Below are positions 50,978 through 64,000 of a stretch of DNA of 64,000 bases, piece by piece (the stretch's first letter is position 1; each line of letters begins with the position of its first letter). Both the position numbers and the translations under genes were made by a program. The notes beneath the pieces are model-generated. The model was given only the letters and a program-made list of their open reading frames with translations, was not told the DNA's origin and ran no database searches. Source of the DNA: Lepidodermella squamata. Its lineage: Eukaryota; Animalia; Gastrotricha. The DNA lies in the NCBI GenBank assembly GCA_047495785.1, contig JBLDXI010000004.1:1178001-1242000 (forward strand), read 5' to 3'.

Positions 50978-52539
50978 TTAAATTTTTGCTCTGATTTCAT
51001 TTTCCAAAATTAAATTTTCCGTCACAAAATTGATTCGATAAATTGTTTTGATTGATGAAAATTCTCGCAACAAATATTTCCGATTTCGAATTCCAAATCT
51101 GCATTTAATTTGTAATTTTTTTCCACTCTATAGAATAAAAAATATTATCCAAATAATTTTTTTCCAAATTTTCAAATCAAAATGTCTCTCAGTTTAAAAT
51201 TTGAATGCCTTCATTCCTTATGTTTATGAGCCCCACAACCCACAACATATCCGGAAAAAGTTTGGCGGTTTCTTGGTTATCGTGTAGAGCTTCATTTCTA
51301 TTATAATAACGTGGCTGTAATATTTCATCTGTAATATTTAATCTTCAAAGAATATAACATATAGCAGTGTATATATCTGAGCCTGCAGAATGTTCACCTG
51401 TGACGATGTTTAATCGTTGTCGAAAATAGGCCTACCTAAATTTGTACCTCAATAAATTTTTCTGTCTCAAATAGGAACAAATATAGTCCAACGACAACTC
51501 TGTAGCCTGTATATATGTTTTGCTTCTATTCTCAACTTCTGGTTTCCGTACTTAGTGCGAACTACAGCTAATAATTATGAATCATCGCTGCATTTTTTGC
51601 TTGGTGATGATTCATAATTTGTGCAAAAAGATCGCATCAAGTAAAATTAGTCAAATATCATTTCTGTGTCTGGGCAGAACGGCTAATACCAAGCCAGCTG
51701 ATGGAGCCAATGCGCTATTATGTATGTATGATTTATATTACTCCTAAATTCAATTAAAAATATTTTTATTATTGTATTAATTGTATTACAAAAATTAACG
51801 CCGCTCATTATCATACATCAAATACTTGCTTCGACTTTTATAAATTCGACGATAATTATCACTTTATTATGACTTACCTTGAAGCGTTGTGAAATTCGTC
51901 GCTGGAATCGTACCTTGTAGCTAATCGTGTTATATTCTTAATTAATTGCCTCATTCATTTATCTTATGTCCCGCTATAATATAACTGGTTATTATAGCTT
52001 GTGAAAAAGGAATTCAGCTGAATAAAAGCAGAATTTTTATATTCCGCCTCGACTTCTTTCGGCTTCCTTCAACAAGTAAACAAAGTGATATGGAAGAAAT
52101 CAAGCTTATTTTATACGCATATCTTTCAGAGAGAGCGGCGCACTTTCAGTTGATATTATACGCGTATCCATTTGTTGCGCGTAATTTCATCGGTAAAACA
52201 CGCATATCGTCTGCGTGCGGGCGATACGCGAATCAGGGCAAAGAAGACACGCGCATCGTGAGGATGCGCGTATAATGCGTCTCAGTGATATGAAATATCA
52301 CTGAAGTTAATTAATTCATATCTCTGTGTCTTAAAGGCAATGTTACTAAGAATTATGTAACGCAGACCACCAATAAATCGGTATCTCCCTCTAGGGACAA
52401 CGTATTTAAACCCTTGAACCTGAAAAATTGACGTTTAGTAAGATCGGTAAGACGAGCATGCGTGCCCAGTAAAACGGAAGTCATTCGTTCAAAGTGCAAG
52501 GCTAAATATTTTTAGCCATTATTTCTTGAACACCCTATA

Positions 52540-53518
52540 CCGTAATCCGGTACAACTTTGAACACCTACAATGCTAAGACTTGTCAATGATAGTCAAATG
52601 TTAATAACGACATTACTGTGCTAGATGGAATAATGCCCTCGCTAATGAAACTTGAGTAAAAATGGAAGACCTAAACTTTTTACCTACCGTAATACGGTAC
52701 AACTTTGAACACCTTTGTCCATGCAAACTTCAATGTGCTGTGTAAATTCAACAGATGCGATTTTGGTCGGGTTTTCAACGTAGTTCGATAGGGGCCGCCT
52801 TGCGTAACATCCTGATATTTTTTATTCTCGGCAATTCGCAAGCGTAAGAATTTGGCAAGGGGTACCCCAAAAGTACAACTTTGAACACCACGATTTCGTG
52901 AAATGAAAAATTCGCATTCAGTCGTGCGCAGAGAATTTCGCGTGAAATGTTCGATTTTCAACTCACTGGTTTGCTCATATAGAACTGAAAACTGAAAAAC
53001 AATAAGCTATCTACCATTTTTATGGTGGAATTTTCACTCGGTATTTGATATTAATTCGTTGCTATTACGAGATAATAAGTCTTTATTCTGATCACTACGT
53101 TCTCTATGGAGCAGAGTGGAGCTCAGTAAATGCGAGCGAAGTCCAGCGAAGTCCTCGAAGTGAAAATAATGAATTTCTATCGTGTTCAAAGTTGTACTTT
53201 CGAGTGTTCAAAGTTGTACCGGCTACTCTTGCAACTTTGAGCGCATGCCACGCAAAAACCAACTTCAATTCGCCAAGCTGGACCTCGCGGATATCTGCTA
53301 CGGTTATCGCAGGACAACACTTCAAAGTAGACCAAAAACGTTGTTTTTTCGGGAATTTGTAAGGAAGAGACCATGGGCGCTGTGTTGATGAAACTTTGTT
53401 AGATTTCAACGAGAACTATATTCAGTAAAATTCCCAACCAGATCCCCATGGTTTCAGAGAAATGCTGGTTTGCGTGAAATTTTCAAACTTACCTGTTCAA
53501 AATTGTACCGATTTACGG
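52540..53518. mobile_element. pogo/Tc1-like non-autonomous element with a duplicated left TIR (52540, 52687)
   Basis: TA|CCGTAATCCGGTACAACTTTGAACA ... TGTTCAAAATTGTACCGATTTACGG|TA; internal TGTTCAAAGTTGTAC copies. Confidence 0.8.
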
Positions 53519-53739
53519 TAGATGAATAAATATAGATCCTGTGTTTATTTATCCAGTAAAAAACCATGCTAGGACGTTAATTTGGTTCATTTGGCAGCTT
53601 TGCGCTGAGCAAAAAAGTTTAATACGGTTCAAATCACTACCCCTTGAAATTCCCCTCCTAGCCATCTTGGAGGGGAACGTTTTTCGCCCCTCCCCAATCT
53701 TCAATGATTGCGTGAACCGGAACGGTTTTAACGGCGGCT

Positions 53740-56700
53740 AATTATCATGTCTCGCGCACGCCGCTCTCGGCGTTATCAATGAGGAAAAATGGTATGCACT
53801 TGACCGCTTCTCCAAGTTAGTTAATAGGATATCCTCGGAAAAAATATGAAAAATACCATCGTGTAGAGCATACCCGAAAACCTTAAGTGCAAAGATTTTT
53901 CAGAAAGATCGGCCTGACGGCTAATTTGTGGCGATTTTTTATTCATGTATGCAAGTGAATATTTCATGAATATTCATAAGCATGACCTTCTTTAGCTGGG
54001 TCACCGCCGCCGGCATACTCATGACCTGGGTCACGGCTTTATTACGCGTGAGCTCGAAATTTTAATTTGAAATTTGATTTCTGACCTCATTTGGGCACAT
54101 GAAAAAATGTTCTATCGAACAGTCCGAACCCGGTATTTATCGGAGTGATCGGTTGATAACAAAACGGTTGACGATTATTCAAACGTCGAAATTTCACAAA
54201 ATTAGACTCTCAAAAACCAGGTATAAAATGTTAGACACGCGGGTAACACCCTTTCAGCTGCGGAATTTGTCGTGTTCAAAGTTGATTTCTTGCTACTCCG
54301 AAGGACGGCCGATTTTTGGTATTAAAACCGCCGCGAGATTCGCTAGTTTTCCTTTGACCACAGAGTTTTGCGCACGATTGATTTTTAGTGAAAATAAAAA
54401 TTTTCTAGTCCCATTGTCGTAGCCATCGTAGTTTTGAAGCTATAATAGGCGCGGTTGATCCACCTTAAAATTTCGAAATTTCGAGGTTTTTTTTACTTTT
54501 TTACGACGATTTGGAAGAATTTCGGCTTTATATAATACGCGTGTCTAGTGCAAAATTTGTCGGGCTTTCGAATGGTGAAAACCGCATGTCAATAACTTAC
54601 AGCGTTCCCAGCCAGTAATCCGCGCGGTATAAACTGAGATAAAAAACATCCAAATTATCTTTGGAAATTTCGCTAACGATATTAGTAGCAAAGTTATTTC
54701 GGTCACAAAAGTCCGAAAAAATCGAGAAGACTCAAATTTCAAAAAAATATTCCGGAATACTACAAGCACTCTCTCTCTCATCTCACAAGACGGTTTTTTT
54801 TTTAATTTTCTTGAAGTTGGTCACTTTTACGAAATATCGCCATTTTAAGAGTCTTTCAGGGCGGTAAACTTATTGAGGAAAAATGTTGAAAATTTCAGGA
54901 AAATCATTTTATCCACGATCAGAATTTTCTCTATCCGGCGATATAAAACTTGTCCAATAAATATTTTTTACCGATTTTCCGATTTTTTCATCCTGGTAAA
55001 ATTCTCACGTTGTTAGATCTCCTTCAACTAACATACACGTTCTACCGCGCCTCATATAGGCACAAAACTATGAGTGCTACGACGATGGGCGTAGTCTCGT
55101 TCTATTCCTCGCATTGTTCTGCACAGGATGGTTGCAATTAATCTTGCGCACAGATATTGCGTACAGGTAAAAAAAAGCAAGTGAGTGCGCGCACTGAAAA
55201 TATGGCTATCCAAGTTTTACCGCGCGATGAATATCGTCATAAATACGGCGGCCACAGAGACCAGCCTGGTCTCAAAATTGTTAGCTGACAATGCTCTACG
55301 CGTTAGAATCATTCATTTACCAGCGTAAGTTCGCTGAATGAAAAAATGAGAGTGCAAAGTTTGTCAACAAAATTTAAAAAATTTGACTTTGACAAGGGGT
55401 GCGGTGTCAAAAGGGTGCACCCTGTGAATGTGGGGCTTATACCATTTTAAAGGGCGGCTCGAGTTACCTAGTTTTCATCAAAATTCGTCGCTGATTACCC
55501 GGAATTAAAGAAACGAAATTTCAAAATTTACGTGCTCTGTTTTTTATCTCATAATATACCGCGTGGCCTATTGGCAAAGAACTATGATAGGTGTTGACAT
55601 GCAGTTCTCGCCGCTCGAAAGCCCGTCGAATTCTGTACTAGAAATGTTTGTTTTATTAAACCGGGACTATTCCTAATCATCGTGAAATGATTCTCAAAAA
55701 CGTCGAAATTTCGAAATTTTGGATCGGCCGCGCCTCCTATAGACAAAAAACTATGAGGGCTACGACGATGGGCCTAGTGTCGTTCGAATCGTCTTGAAAT
55801 TCTACGTCGGCCTATATAATGTCTATGTGCGCACAAAACTGCTACGCGTGTCGAAAATTTAACAGAAACGGCTCTGAGTGAGTGTGTGAGCGCCGCCGCG
55901 CACTGAAAAATTGGTTGAAAACGCGATTTGCCGCGCCTTCTATTGCTCGACAACCATAAGCGCTACGATTATGCGGTTGGGCTCTAAAAATTCAGCGCAA
56001 AATTTGCTACATTCTAGGCGTATTCAAACATGAGCGCTACCAGGGTGAGATGTCAAAACAATTGGCGAAACTCTAAAAAATATAAAATTTGATTTTCAGT
56101 AAAAATAAATCGCGCGCAAACTGCTTTAGTCGAAGGAAATATTGCGAATCTCGCAGCGGTTTTGGTACCAACAAATCGGCCATCTTTTCTACTATCTAAA
56201 AAACCGACTTTGTCAAGACAGATTCCACACCTATCAGGGTGTCACACGCGCCCTGAAAATTTCACACACCGGGTATAACGACCAGCCTGGTCTCAAAATG
56301 GCCAGCGGACTTTGCTCTAAGCGTTGGCATCATAAAGGTATTAGCTCGAACCAGCCATACCACTGAAATGAGAGTGTAAAGTAAGTTGAAAATTTAAACA
56401 AATTTGACTTTGTCAAGGGCGGTTCGTCAAATGGGTGTGCCCTGTGAACATAATATGGCGTCTACCATTCAATAGAGCGTCTCAAGTTACCTCTATCTCA
56501 TGATTATTCGTCACTGAAGTTGCGGGTAAATATGACCTGGATTTGTAGAAGCGAAATATCGAGATTTACCAATTGTGTTTTTTATCTCATATTTTACCGC
56601 TCGGCTTATTGGCAAAAAACTGTGAGAGGCATCGATATGCGGTTTTCACCGTTCGATAGCCTGTCGAAGGTTGTACTAGAAATGGTTGTTTTGTTTCACC

Positions 56701-57790
56701 AGGTCTCTTCCAAACCGTCGCGAAAAAATTCACAAAAACAACGAAATTTTGAAATTTTAAGGTGGATCGACCGCGCCTCCTATAGGCACAAAACTATGAG
56801 GGCTACGACGATGATCTTAGGCTTGTTCGATTCGTCATGAAATTCTACGTCGACCAGTGTTATTTTGATATGCGCACAGAACTGCTGCATGTGTCCAAAA
56901 TTTGACAGAAACCGACTCTGAGTGAGTGTGTGAGCGCCGCCGCGCACTAAAAATGGGTTAAAAACGCGATTTACCGCGCCTCCTATAGCTCCAAAACCAT
57001 AAGGGCTACGATAGCGCGGTTGGTCTCTAAAAATTCAGCGCAAAATTTGCTACAATCTACGTGCTATTAAACATGAGCGCTACCCGGGTGAGGTGCCAAA
57101 AAAATTGACGAAACTCGAAAAAATTGAAATTTTAATTTTCACTAAAAATCAACCGCGCGCCAAACGCTATAGTCAAAGGAAATCTTGCGAATCTTGCGGC
57201 GGTTTTGATACCAAAAAATCGGCCTTGTTTTCTAGTATCTAAAAATCCGACTTGGTCACGACAAATTCCGCACCTATCTGGGGGTTACTCGCGCCCTGAA
57301 AATTGCATGCACACTTGGTGAGGGCCACTTTTTTAAGTGCGCGCAACTTGTAAATTCGATAGAAAATCAACCGTTTATCGCCTAGCGTCCAAATTTAGAC
57401 TGTTCGATGCAGAATTGTTCGAAGATTGTCACCGATGCAGCCCTCCCCCCAGGGAGGGCCGCCAAACCGGTTTTAAGTTGACATTTTGAAGAGTCACACA
57501 GCAACGACCCGGCTCTCGCGTGTGAGGTAATTAACCTCGGTCATGAGGGTGCCGGTAACCGTGACCCAGACAGCGGCGTAAGCAGCTCATGAATATTAAT
57601 GAGCAGTTGGGTAGTTTTTTATGAATAAAAATTCGCCAAAAATTAACCGCCTGATGAAAACAGCTGGAAAGTTTTTATACAGAGGTTTAAAAAAAGATCT
57701 ATCTACGACTTATTTTTCCATATTTTTATCGTGAAAATTCGTTCCCCTAGCTTCGTTTTTCGTCCAGCGCAAAACGCCTCTACCATTGTC
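53740..57790. repeat. Foldback-like structure: long imperfect inverted arms plus an internal ~1-kb direct tandem duplication
   Basis: ~53740-54660 is inverted-homologous to ~56570-57790; ~55250-56270 repeats at ~56270-57300; recurring CCGCGCCTCCTATAG..ACTATGAGGGCTACGACGATG motif. Confidence 0.7.
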
Positions 57791-57879
57791 GCCTCGACCG
57801 GCGAAGTTGAGAGAGAGGCGCTGGACCTCCGGTTCAGGCTGCGGCTCCGCCGCTAGGGGAACCCTATCGGGTTGGTTCG

Positions 57880-59880
57880 CGCAATCATCTAGAAAAACGG
57901 GGCACCAGCTGCCGGTTGCCGCAAAAATTTTCAAAATCGGATTATTTTTGGTGAAGTTATTGATGAAATAAGATCGGCCGGTTTTTATTTCCCCCACCCT
58001 CCAAACCGGAGTTAAATATCATGTTTTTTAAGAAAGATAACTGATGCCTCCCTCCCCCGGGGGAGGGAGGCAGCCGGTAATTCATAAAAAGTTTTTAACG
58101 GCGAATAAAAAGTTTCGAGCGCCACTACCTGTTGCGCTCCTAGCGCTGCCACTGTGTGCGCGCGGTTATAGCAGTGCGCCGGTGATTACGCAATAAGTGT
58201 CGTGTGCGCGCGCGACGGACGCGCGCGCGGCGGTGGTGGCGTACGGCACCGGTGACCTAGCGCCGTTAGGTCAAGTTGTTGCGTCATCGATAAAGCGATT
58301 TTTTCGTTTTTAATTCATTAAAAATCAGGAATAATTGCGATTATGCTGGAAAGTTTTTACATGAGACTTGAAAGGCTCGCCGATTTTTCGGTATTTTTCT
58401 AATTTTTGTAACTGTAATATTCGTTTCCCTACGCGAAAAATGCAGCACCGCCATATACCTCATACGCTTGGCAGCGATAGCTAAAGCGCCATGCGGCATT
58501 TTGTATTGGGGACTCCGTCCCTGTGGGACCTTTGGTGCGCAACCATCTAGAAAAACGGGGCACCAGCTGCCGGTTGCCGCAAAAATTTTCAAAATCGGAT
58601 TATTTTTGGTGAAGTTATTGATGAAATAAGATCGGCCGGTTTTTATTTCCCCCACCCTCCAAACCGGAGTTAAATATCATGTTTTTTAAGAAAGATAGCT
58701 GATGCCTCCCTCCCCCGGGGGAGGGAGGCAGCCGGTAATTCATAAAAAGTTTTTAACGGCGATACAATAAAAAGAATGGCGCAGTTGCGCAGCCACAGGT
58801 GCGCGCGGTTATAATGAGCGCCGGTGATTACGCGTGTGTGGTCGTGTGCGCGCGCGACAGCGCGCGGTGGTGGCGACCGGCTCCGGTGACCTTACGCCGT
58901 TAGGTCAAGGTAGTTGCGCAATTGCGTAACCGAAGCGGCGATTTTTTCGTTTTTAATTGTTTAAAAATCAGTAGTTTGTTCGGTATGTTTGAAGAAAAAT
59001 TATTGGAGGTTTTGAAACATGGCCGATTTTTTGGTATTTTTTGGAATTTTACAGCTATCACAGGAGTTTCCCTAGGAGTTTCCGCGAATCGGCCTATAAC
59101 CTCATCCGCATCAGCAGTGGCTGATGCGCCGTGCTCTATTGCATGTGGGGGACTCCGTCCCCGTGGGACCTTTGGTGCATGCGCCGTGCTCTATTGCATG
59201 TGGGGGACTCCGTCCCCGTGGGACCTTTGGTGCGCAACCATCTAGAAAAACGGGGCACCAGCTGCCGGTTGCCGCAAAAATTTTCAAAATCGGATTATTT
59301 TTGGTGAAGTTATTGATGAAATAAGGTCGGCCGGTTTTTATTTCCCCCACCCTCCAAACCGGAGTTAAATGTCATGTTTTTTAAGAAAGATGACTGATGC
59401 CTCCCTCCCCCGGGGGAGGGAGGCAGCTGGTAATTCATAAAAAGTTTCTAACGGCAATAAACAAAAAGAATGGCGCAGTGGCGCAGCCACAGTGTGCGCG
59501 CGGTTATAATGAGTGCCGGTGATTACGCGTGTGTGGTCGTGTGCGCGCGCGACAGCGCGCGGTGGTGGCGACCGGCTCCGGTGACCTTACGCCGTTAGGT
59601 CAAGGTAGTTTCGCAATTGCGTAACCGAAGAAGCGATTTTTTCGTTTTTAATTGTTTAAAAATCAGTAGTTTGTTCGGTATGTTTGAAGACAAATTATTG
59701 GAGGTTTTGAAACATGGCCGATTTTTTGGTATTTTTTGGAATTTTACAGCTATCACAGGATTTTCCCTAGGAGTTTCCGCGAATCGGCCTATAACCTCAT
59801 CCGCATCAGCAGTGGCTGATGCGCCGTACTCTATTGCTTATGGGGACTCCGTCCCTGTGGGACCTTTGGTGCGCAACCAT
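57880..59880. repeat. Tandem array of ~660-700-bp units (~3 copies), each with a perfect 28-bp palindrome
   Basis: TGCCTCCCTCCCCCGGGGGAGGGAGGCA at 58045, 58703 and 59398; near-identical flanks. Confidence 0.85.
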
Positions 59881-59991
59881 CCAGGGAAGGAAAAAGTATC
59901 CGATCGTGCGATCTACGATCGTGGGCAGCTTCAGACCTCAAAACCCTGTCTTCGTTTATGAAAATAGCAATTTTTCAAAAAATTATGGTTT

Positions 59992-61190
59992 TTATTGAGC
60001 CAAATCAGAAAAAAACAACGGAAAGAAGTCTGCAATTTCAAAACTAGATTTTGCCCCTTTCAGACGACACCCTGTCGACAACCTTGCTAGTGGCCCATTG
60101 ATTGGTTTCGCTTTTTCTCTTAAAATGCCACTCGCCTCCTTTAAAGTAGCGATTGAGAGATTCTTCCAGAAATTTAGAAGAGGACTAGCGGGCAGGATTT
60201 GGCCCATTCCAGTGCAGGAACACCTCTCTAGAAACAACAATGGCGTCGATGGGGCGATCATGGCTAGCGTGACGATCTAGGACTGATCCCATCGATTCAA
60301 CAACGCTTTCGCAGTGACATTTTAATGTCCATTTTAAATAGAAGGCCATAAAATCTTGAATACCCTCATATAGGCGAGGAGTGTTCATAAACTTCAGAGT
60401 GTTTCTGCCCAGTTTTCGGTAAACGTTTTACACGATCGCACCAAATGCGATACTGCTCCGAGATCTGACCACGCTTCACAGATTGCCTAGCTGCTTCAGC
60501 CTCATCGATCATTTCGTCGAGAGTTGGAATCGGTAGCGGAGTGGCTGCTTTAATCAAATCAACGCTAAACACGACGGCGGCTCTGCTGCTCAGATTTTGC
60601 TGAAATGGAAACCTTTCGGCCAAAGACGAGCAGAACTTTATTCCCCGTTCAAGGCAAGCCTCAGCTTTGGAATCGAGGTTGACATTAGTTGTGTTCGCAG
60701 GTGTCGATCTCGTAGCCATGAGAGGCTGCCTAGTGGCTGAGTAGAGTTTCCGATTTTTATATTTTCCACCTAGAACAGACCATAATTTCAAAAAATTGCC
60801 CAGAGACCATTGACCAACCTGATGTTTGAAGTTCCATGTAAGCTGAATGGAATGATGGGAAAAGATAAGCGCATTCGTCGACGTCAGTTTCTGACATGCT
60901 GGACAACTTCAAGCGCGCCAATTTGACCACCGTATCTATTTCCCAATTCATCAGATCGAATGTCTGAACTTGTTTGGGAAATCTGCCCAGAACGTCGTAG
61001 ATATCAATTGCTAGATTGAATTGCAGGACAACAGTGGTGCGAGCTATTTTACCTTTTACCGGCCAAGGCATCATTCTTTTCCGATAACTTCGAAAGCATA
61101 GCTGGAAAGTTCATGCGAAAACGCCGTCGGCATATGCGGCGAATCGAGTGTCTATAAAATACCAAATTTTTTTGATTGATTGGGACTAAT
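59992..61190 (-). pseudogene. hAT-like transposase C-terminal remnant
   Basis: Broken frames give DTRFAAY (TRW/F-type motif), LAERFP and CESVVESMGSVL..H...R....WNGP; stops and frameshifts. Confidence 0.6.
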
Positions 61191-61734
61191 CCATGCGGCT
61201 GGCCTACCACCAGGACGTTTGCGTTCGCCGCATTCTAGCCGAAGAAATGCGCTCGCCGCGCTCATCAGCTTCTGCTAGAGTTGTGGCTTTTAAAAATCTT
61301 TTCAATCAAGCTTAACATATTTATTATACTTATAGATAAATGTTTATCATTTTCGTATCAATAAAGTATGAACATGATAGCAAACTTCTAATCTTGGAAT
61401 AGGCATTCAAGTTGTCGATCATCATTTTCTAGCTGCGGAAGGTTTGAAAAACACAATGTAGCAGCATAATTAGCCCGAAAAATAAACTGGGATCAGGTAT
61501 TATAAGTTAACCGTCAATAAATGGCTGGCGACGCGTCAAAACAACAACTTTCATACCACTTTCATACCACTTTCTCTCAGTGAATGACTTTTTACTGGTT
61601 TGCTATTGTTTTGTTTACAAGGTTAAGTTTACTGGTATTTTGTTGTCGCAGCCGTTAATGCATCATCAACAGAAAGTGAATGGATAACAGGCATTTAGAA
61701 GCTAACAGTGTCGTAAACGTTTATCTCTTATTTC

Positions 61735-62031
61735 TCATTCAACATAGGTTTCACACACTCCGTAGTCGTTCCTCCCGCACCCATCGAACTTCATAAAACC
61801 AGAATGTACAATGAACGCACATACATCACCATTGGGCGGGGAAGAAAACAGGGCTGGATCAAATGTGAAAGCGGAACCGTCCGACCATCTGAGGACGCCG
61901 GAATCTGGTCCAAGACCGACCCATGCACTGTAGCCTTCGGGTACAATGCTGATAACCAAGGCAAAGTCGGCAGCAGTTTTAACAGTTGCTAAGATGCCAT
62001 CCATATCCGAACACATATCGATGGTTTTTCG
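61735..62031 (-). CDS. Orphan/partial CTLD exon most similar to paralog 7
   Basis: CSDMDGILATVKT..WVGLGPDSGVLRWSDGSAFTFD..GVCETYVE*; in-frame TAG (or splice acceptor) just upstream; no upstream family exons found up to 64000. Confidence 0.65.
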   Translation of the reverse strand, partial: RKTIDMCSDMDGILATVKTAADFALVISIVPEGYSAWVGLGPDSGVLRWSDGSAFTFDPALFSSPPNGDVCAFIVHSGFMKFDGCGRNDYGVCETYVE

Positions 62032-63591
62032 CTAAAACAGACCGATAGGCTGCATTCTGATATACGCCCATAAAAACTGTGCGGAGTATATGCGAGTATA
62101 TGGTTATACACAGGGCTAATAGCATTTTGGTGCATGCACAAGAGAATGCACTCAGACGAGAGCGATCGATTCTTCCGCAGTAACATGGTATATTTGCGCA
62201 TTTTGTTCTCTTGTTTTTTCATTTTTATCATCATTCTTTCTTAGATCTCCCGCATCATTTTTGCTGAAAGTAGGACATTGAAAGCATGTGCTTTAAATTA
62301 CCCACGATTTTAGTAATTCTGACCTGGTCTGTTCATTCGACGGAGTAGGAATGTTTTCCATAGTTGTCCATTTAAAATCGCAGCAAAATTTTCTTCTAGA
62401 ATGATTAGAATCTCCGATATATTGATAGAGGCTTCTTATCAGATTCTTTAGGAGTTTAGTGAAATCTGAGCTTACCACAAAGTTAAACTCCTGTTTTGAG
62501 GTTTCAGCAAAAATAGGGTAGAAAGGTTGTTTCGGCTGAGATTCCGAAAGTGGCTGCTGGCTACTCTGTTAGGAAAATATTCCATTATTTCGTTGTTGTG
62601 GCGTTTATCAAGCTGATAATGTGGTTTGGGCCCCTGGATAATTTGAAACTATCGCCCTTTTCCTCAAACAACCACCTCCAAAACACAACACAACTTCTGA
62701 TCAAAGATAGAAAGCCAAGTTTGTCGGTTTGGGGCTCAAACTCCACCTAGAACTTGACAGCTACTTAGACGGAAACTATAGACTTATCGATCGTGCGTGA
62801 ATCCTACAATCTACTAACGGTCGAAGGTCGAAGCCTTACGAACAATCGAAACAGTCTCTTAATTAGATCTAACCAGAAGTACTCTTTATTGCCTTTTAAA
62901 ATTTAGCATTTGGTATCAGACGCATGCCATCTTCACAATGCTTAGGAGCCGACTATTCCCATGATTGCTTTGGCCGCTGAGTAGGAATATCTTTACCATA
63001 TATTACCGGTGAATGGCGGCCCATTCAAGAAGGGAGGATTTGCTTGGCGGTTTCACGCTTCCTGTCAACCCTTCCTGTCAACCCTTCCTGTCAGCTTGAT
63101 AAACGCCGCATTCAATGCATGGATGATTGATGTTGCGGTTATTGGGATTGAACACGGTGATTTTGAGATGCCTAGGCCGTTCGATCACATGCTACTCACG
63201 TGCTAGGGTCAGCTTTTATACGACTGGGATAACCCCATCCCAAGTTTCTGCTGCAGTTAAAACTAACGCGATTTATTGGAATTTCTGGTTTATGTTTTGG
63301 CTGATAAATACCTTTCACAGCAATATACAAAGTGAACCTATCGCTTTGTTATGATATTTAAAACTCCCGATTACTGGCCACTTTAACTTCCATCTTTACT
63401 CAGTTGGGCAATCCTTCATCGGTAGCTGTAAATCTGAGGTCATACAGCCTTAGGTCAAGAACAGAACTTCTCAGATTGGCAATTCGGCTTTCGACAACTC
63501 CCTGTTTTCTATCCTTGACATTTTAATTTATGACGCTTGTCATTTAGGACTAAAGCATTCAACGTTTCATTTTTAACAACGATTTGAGCTG

Positions 63592-64000
63592 ATGACTGAT
63601 AACGACCATTGGCTGAAACAGTTTCCTCCGAGGATAGTGGATTCTAGACACCGCCCATCCAAACAAGCGATGGAAAGAAAACGCAAGCGCAACTCTGGGA
63701 AACCCTACCGTCAGTCAGATAAAGGGGTTAGCGCTAAGTTAAATTCCGGTCGTAAGCCTGTTTACTTCAAGTGTGGTTGCTGGCGTAAATGCTCCTTGAA
63801 ATTCAATGAAAATTCAGTCAAACAATGCTTTAACACTTACTGGTCCCGAGCATCTATCGACGCTAGACGAGCATTCATCAACCGTTACGTCAGTTATAAA
63901 CAGAAACGAGAGAATGGTCCTCGAAGATTTGATTATTACTTACCAGGCAACTACTTGGCAACCCCTTCGCCTTCACAATCTAGGGACTCAATCGAAGTAT
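63592..64000 (+). mobile_element. Open ORF running off the window, Sola-like DNA transposase N-terminus
   Basis: KRKRNSGKPY..CGCWRKC..F..YW....RRAFI..YYL..EV; pattern recognised by eye; absent from the ORF track because there is no stop in the window. Confidence 0.55.

Larger units (their letters stand above)
44226..52287 (+). mobile_element. CMC/EnSpm (CACTA-type) DNA transposon, 8.06 kb
   Basis: TIRs CACTGAGACGCA (perfect 12 bp, ~25 bp imperfect); 2-bp TSD AT; dense ATGCGCGT-like subterminal repeats at both ends; EnSpm-type transposase inside. Confidence 0.85.

Noticed and set aside
57880-59880. CRISPR-like reading of regularly spaced palindromes
   Set aside because: Spacers are ~650 bp and homologous to each other; eukaryotic context; no cas genes.
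57710-59961. Repeated ORFs MGEIKTGRS.. and MRNRSGDFF..
   Set aside because: By-products of the tandem array, with non-ATG starts and inconsistent ends.

Overview
AT-rich animal (invertebrate) genomic DNA with many short (~50-60 nt) GT-AG introns; the organism cannot be named from sequence alone. All gene models below were spliced and translated by hand. (1) A tandem cluster of nine paralogous secreted-protein genes (63-43266: seven apparently intact, one with a single frameshift, one clear pseudogene) plus an orphan lectin exon at ~61.8 kb. Each encodes a signal peptide, five or six small 4-Cys modules I cannot assign to a known domain, and one or two C-type lectin domains (CTLDs). (2) Inside the cluster, a 6-exon gene (34720-29546, minus) for a ~1220-aa Cys-loop (nAChR-like) ligand-gated channel subunit. 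It carries an extra ~770-aa N-terminus: two tandem beta-rich, possibly lectin-like domains on a ~295-aa Ser/Thr stalk. This is the best candidate for an undescribed system. (3) Heavy transposon load: an 8-kb CMC/EnSpm element with an internally deleted but in-frame transposase, nested in an RLE-type retroelement remnant; hAT MITEs with 8-bp TSDs; Tc1/mariner-pogo elements; a foldback-like repeat and a palindrome-bearing tandem array; hAT and Sola-like transposase remnants.
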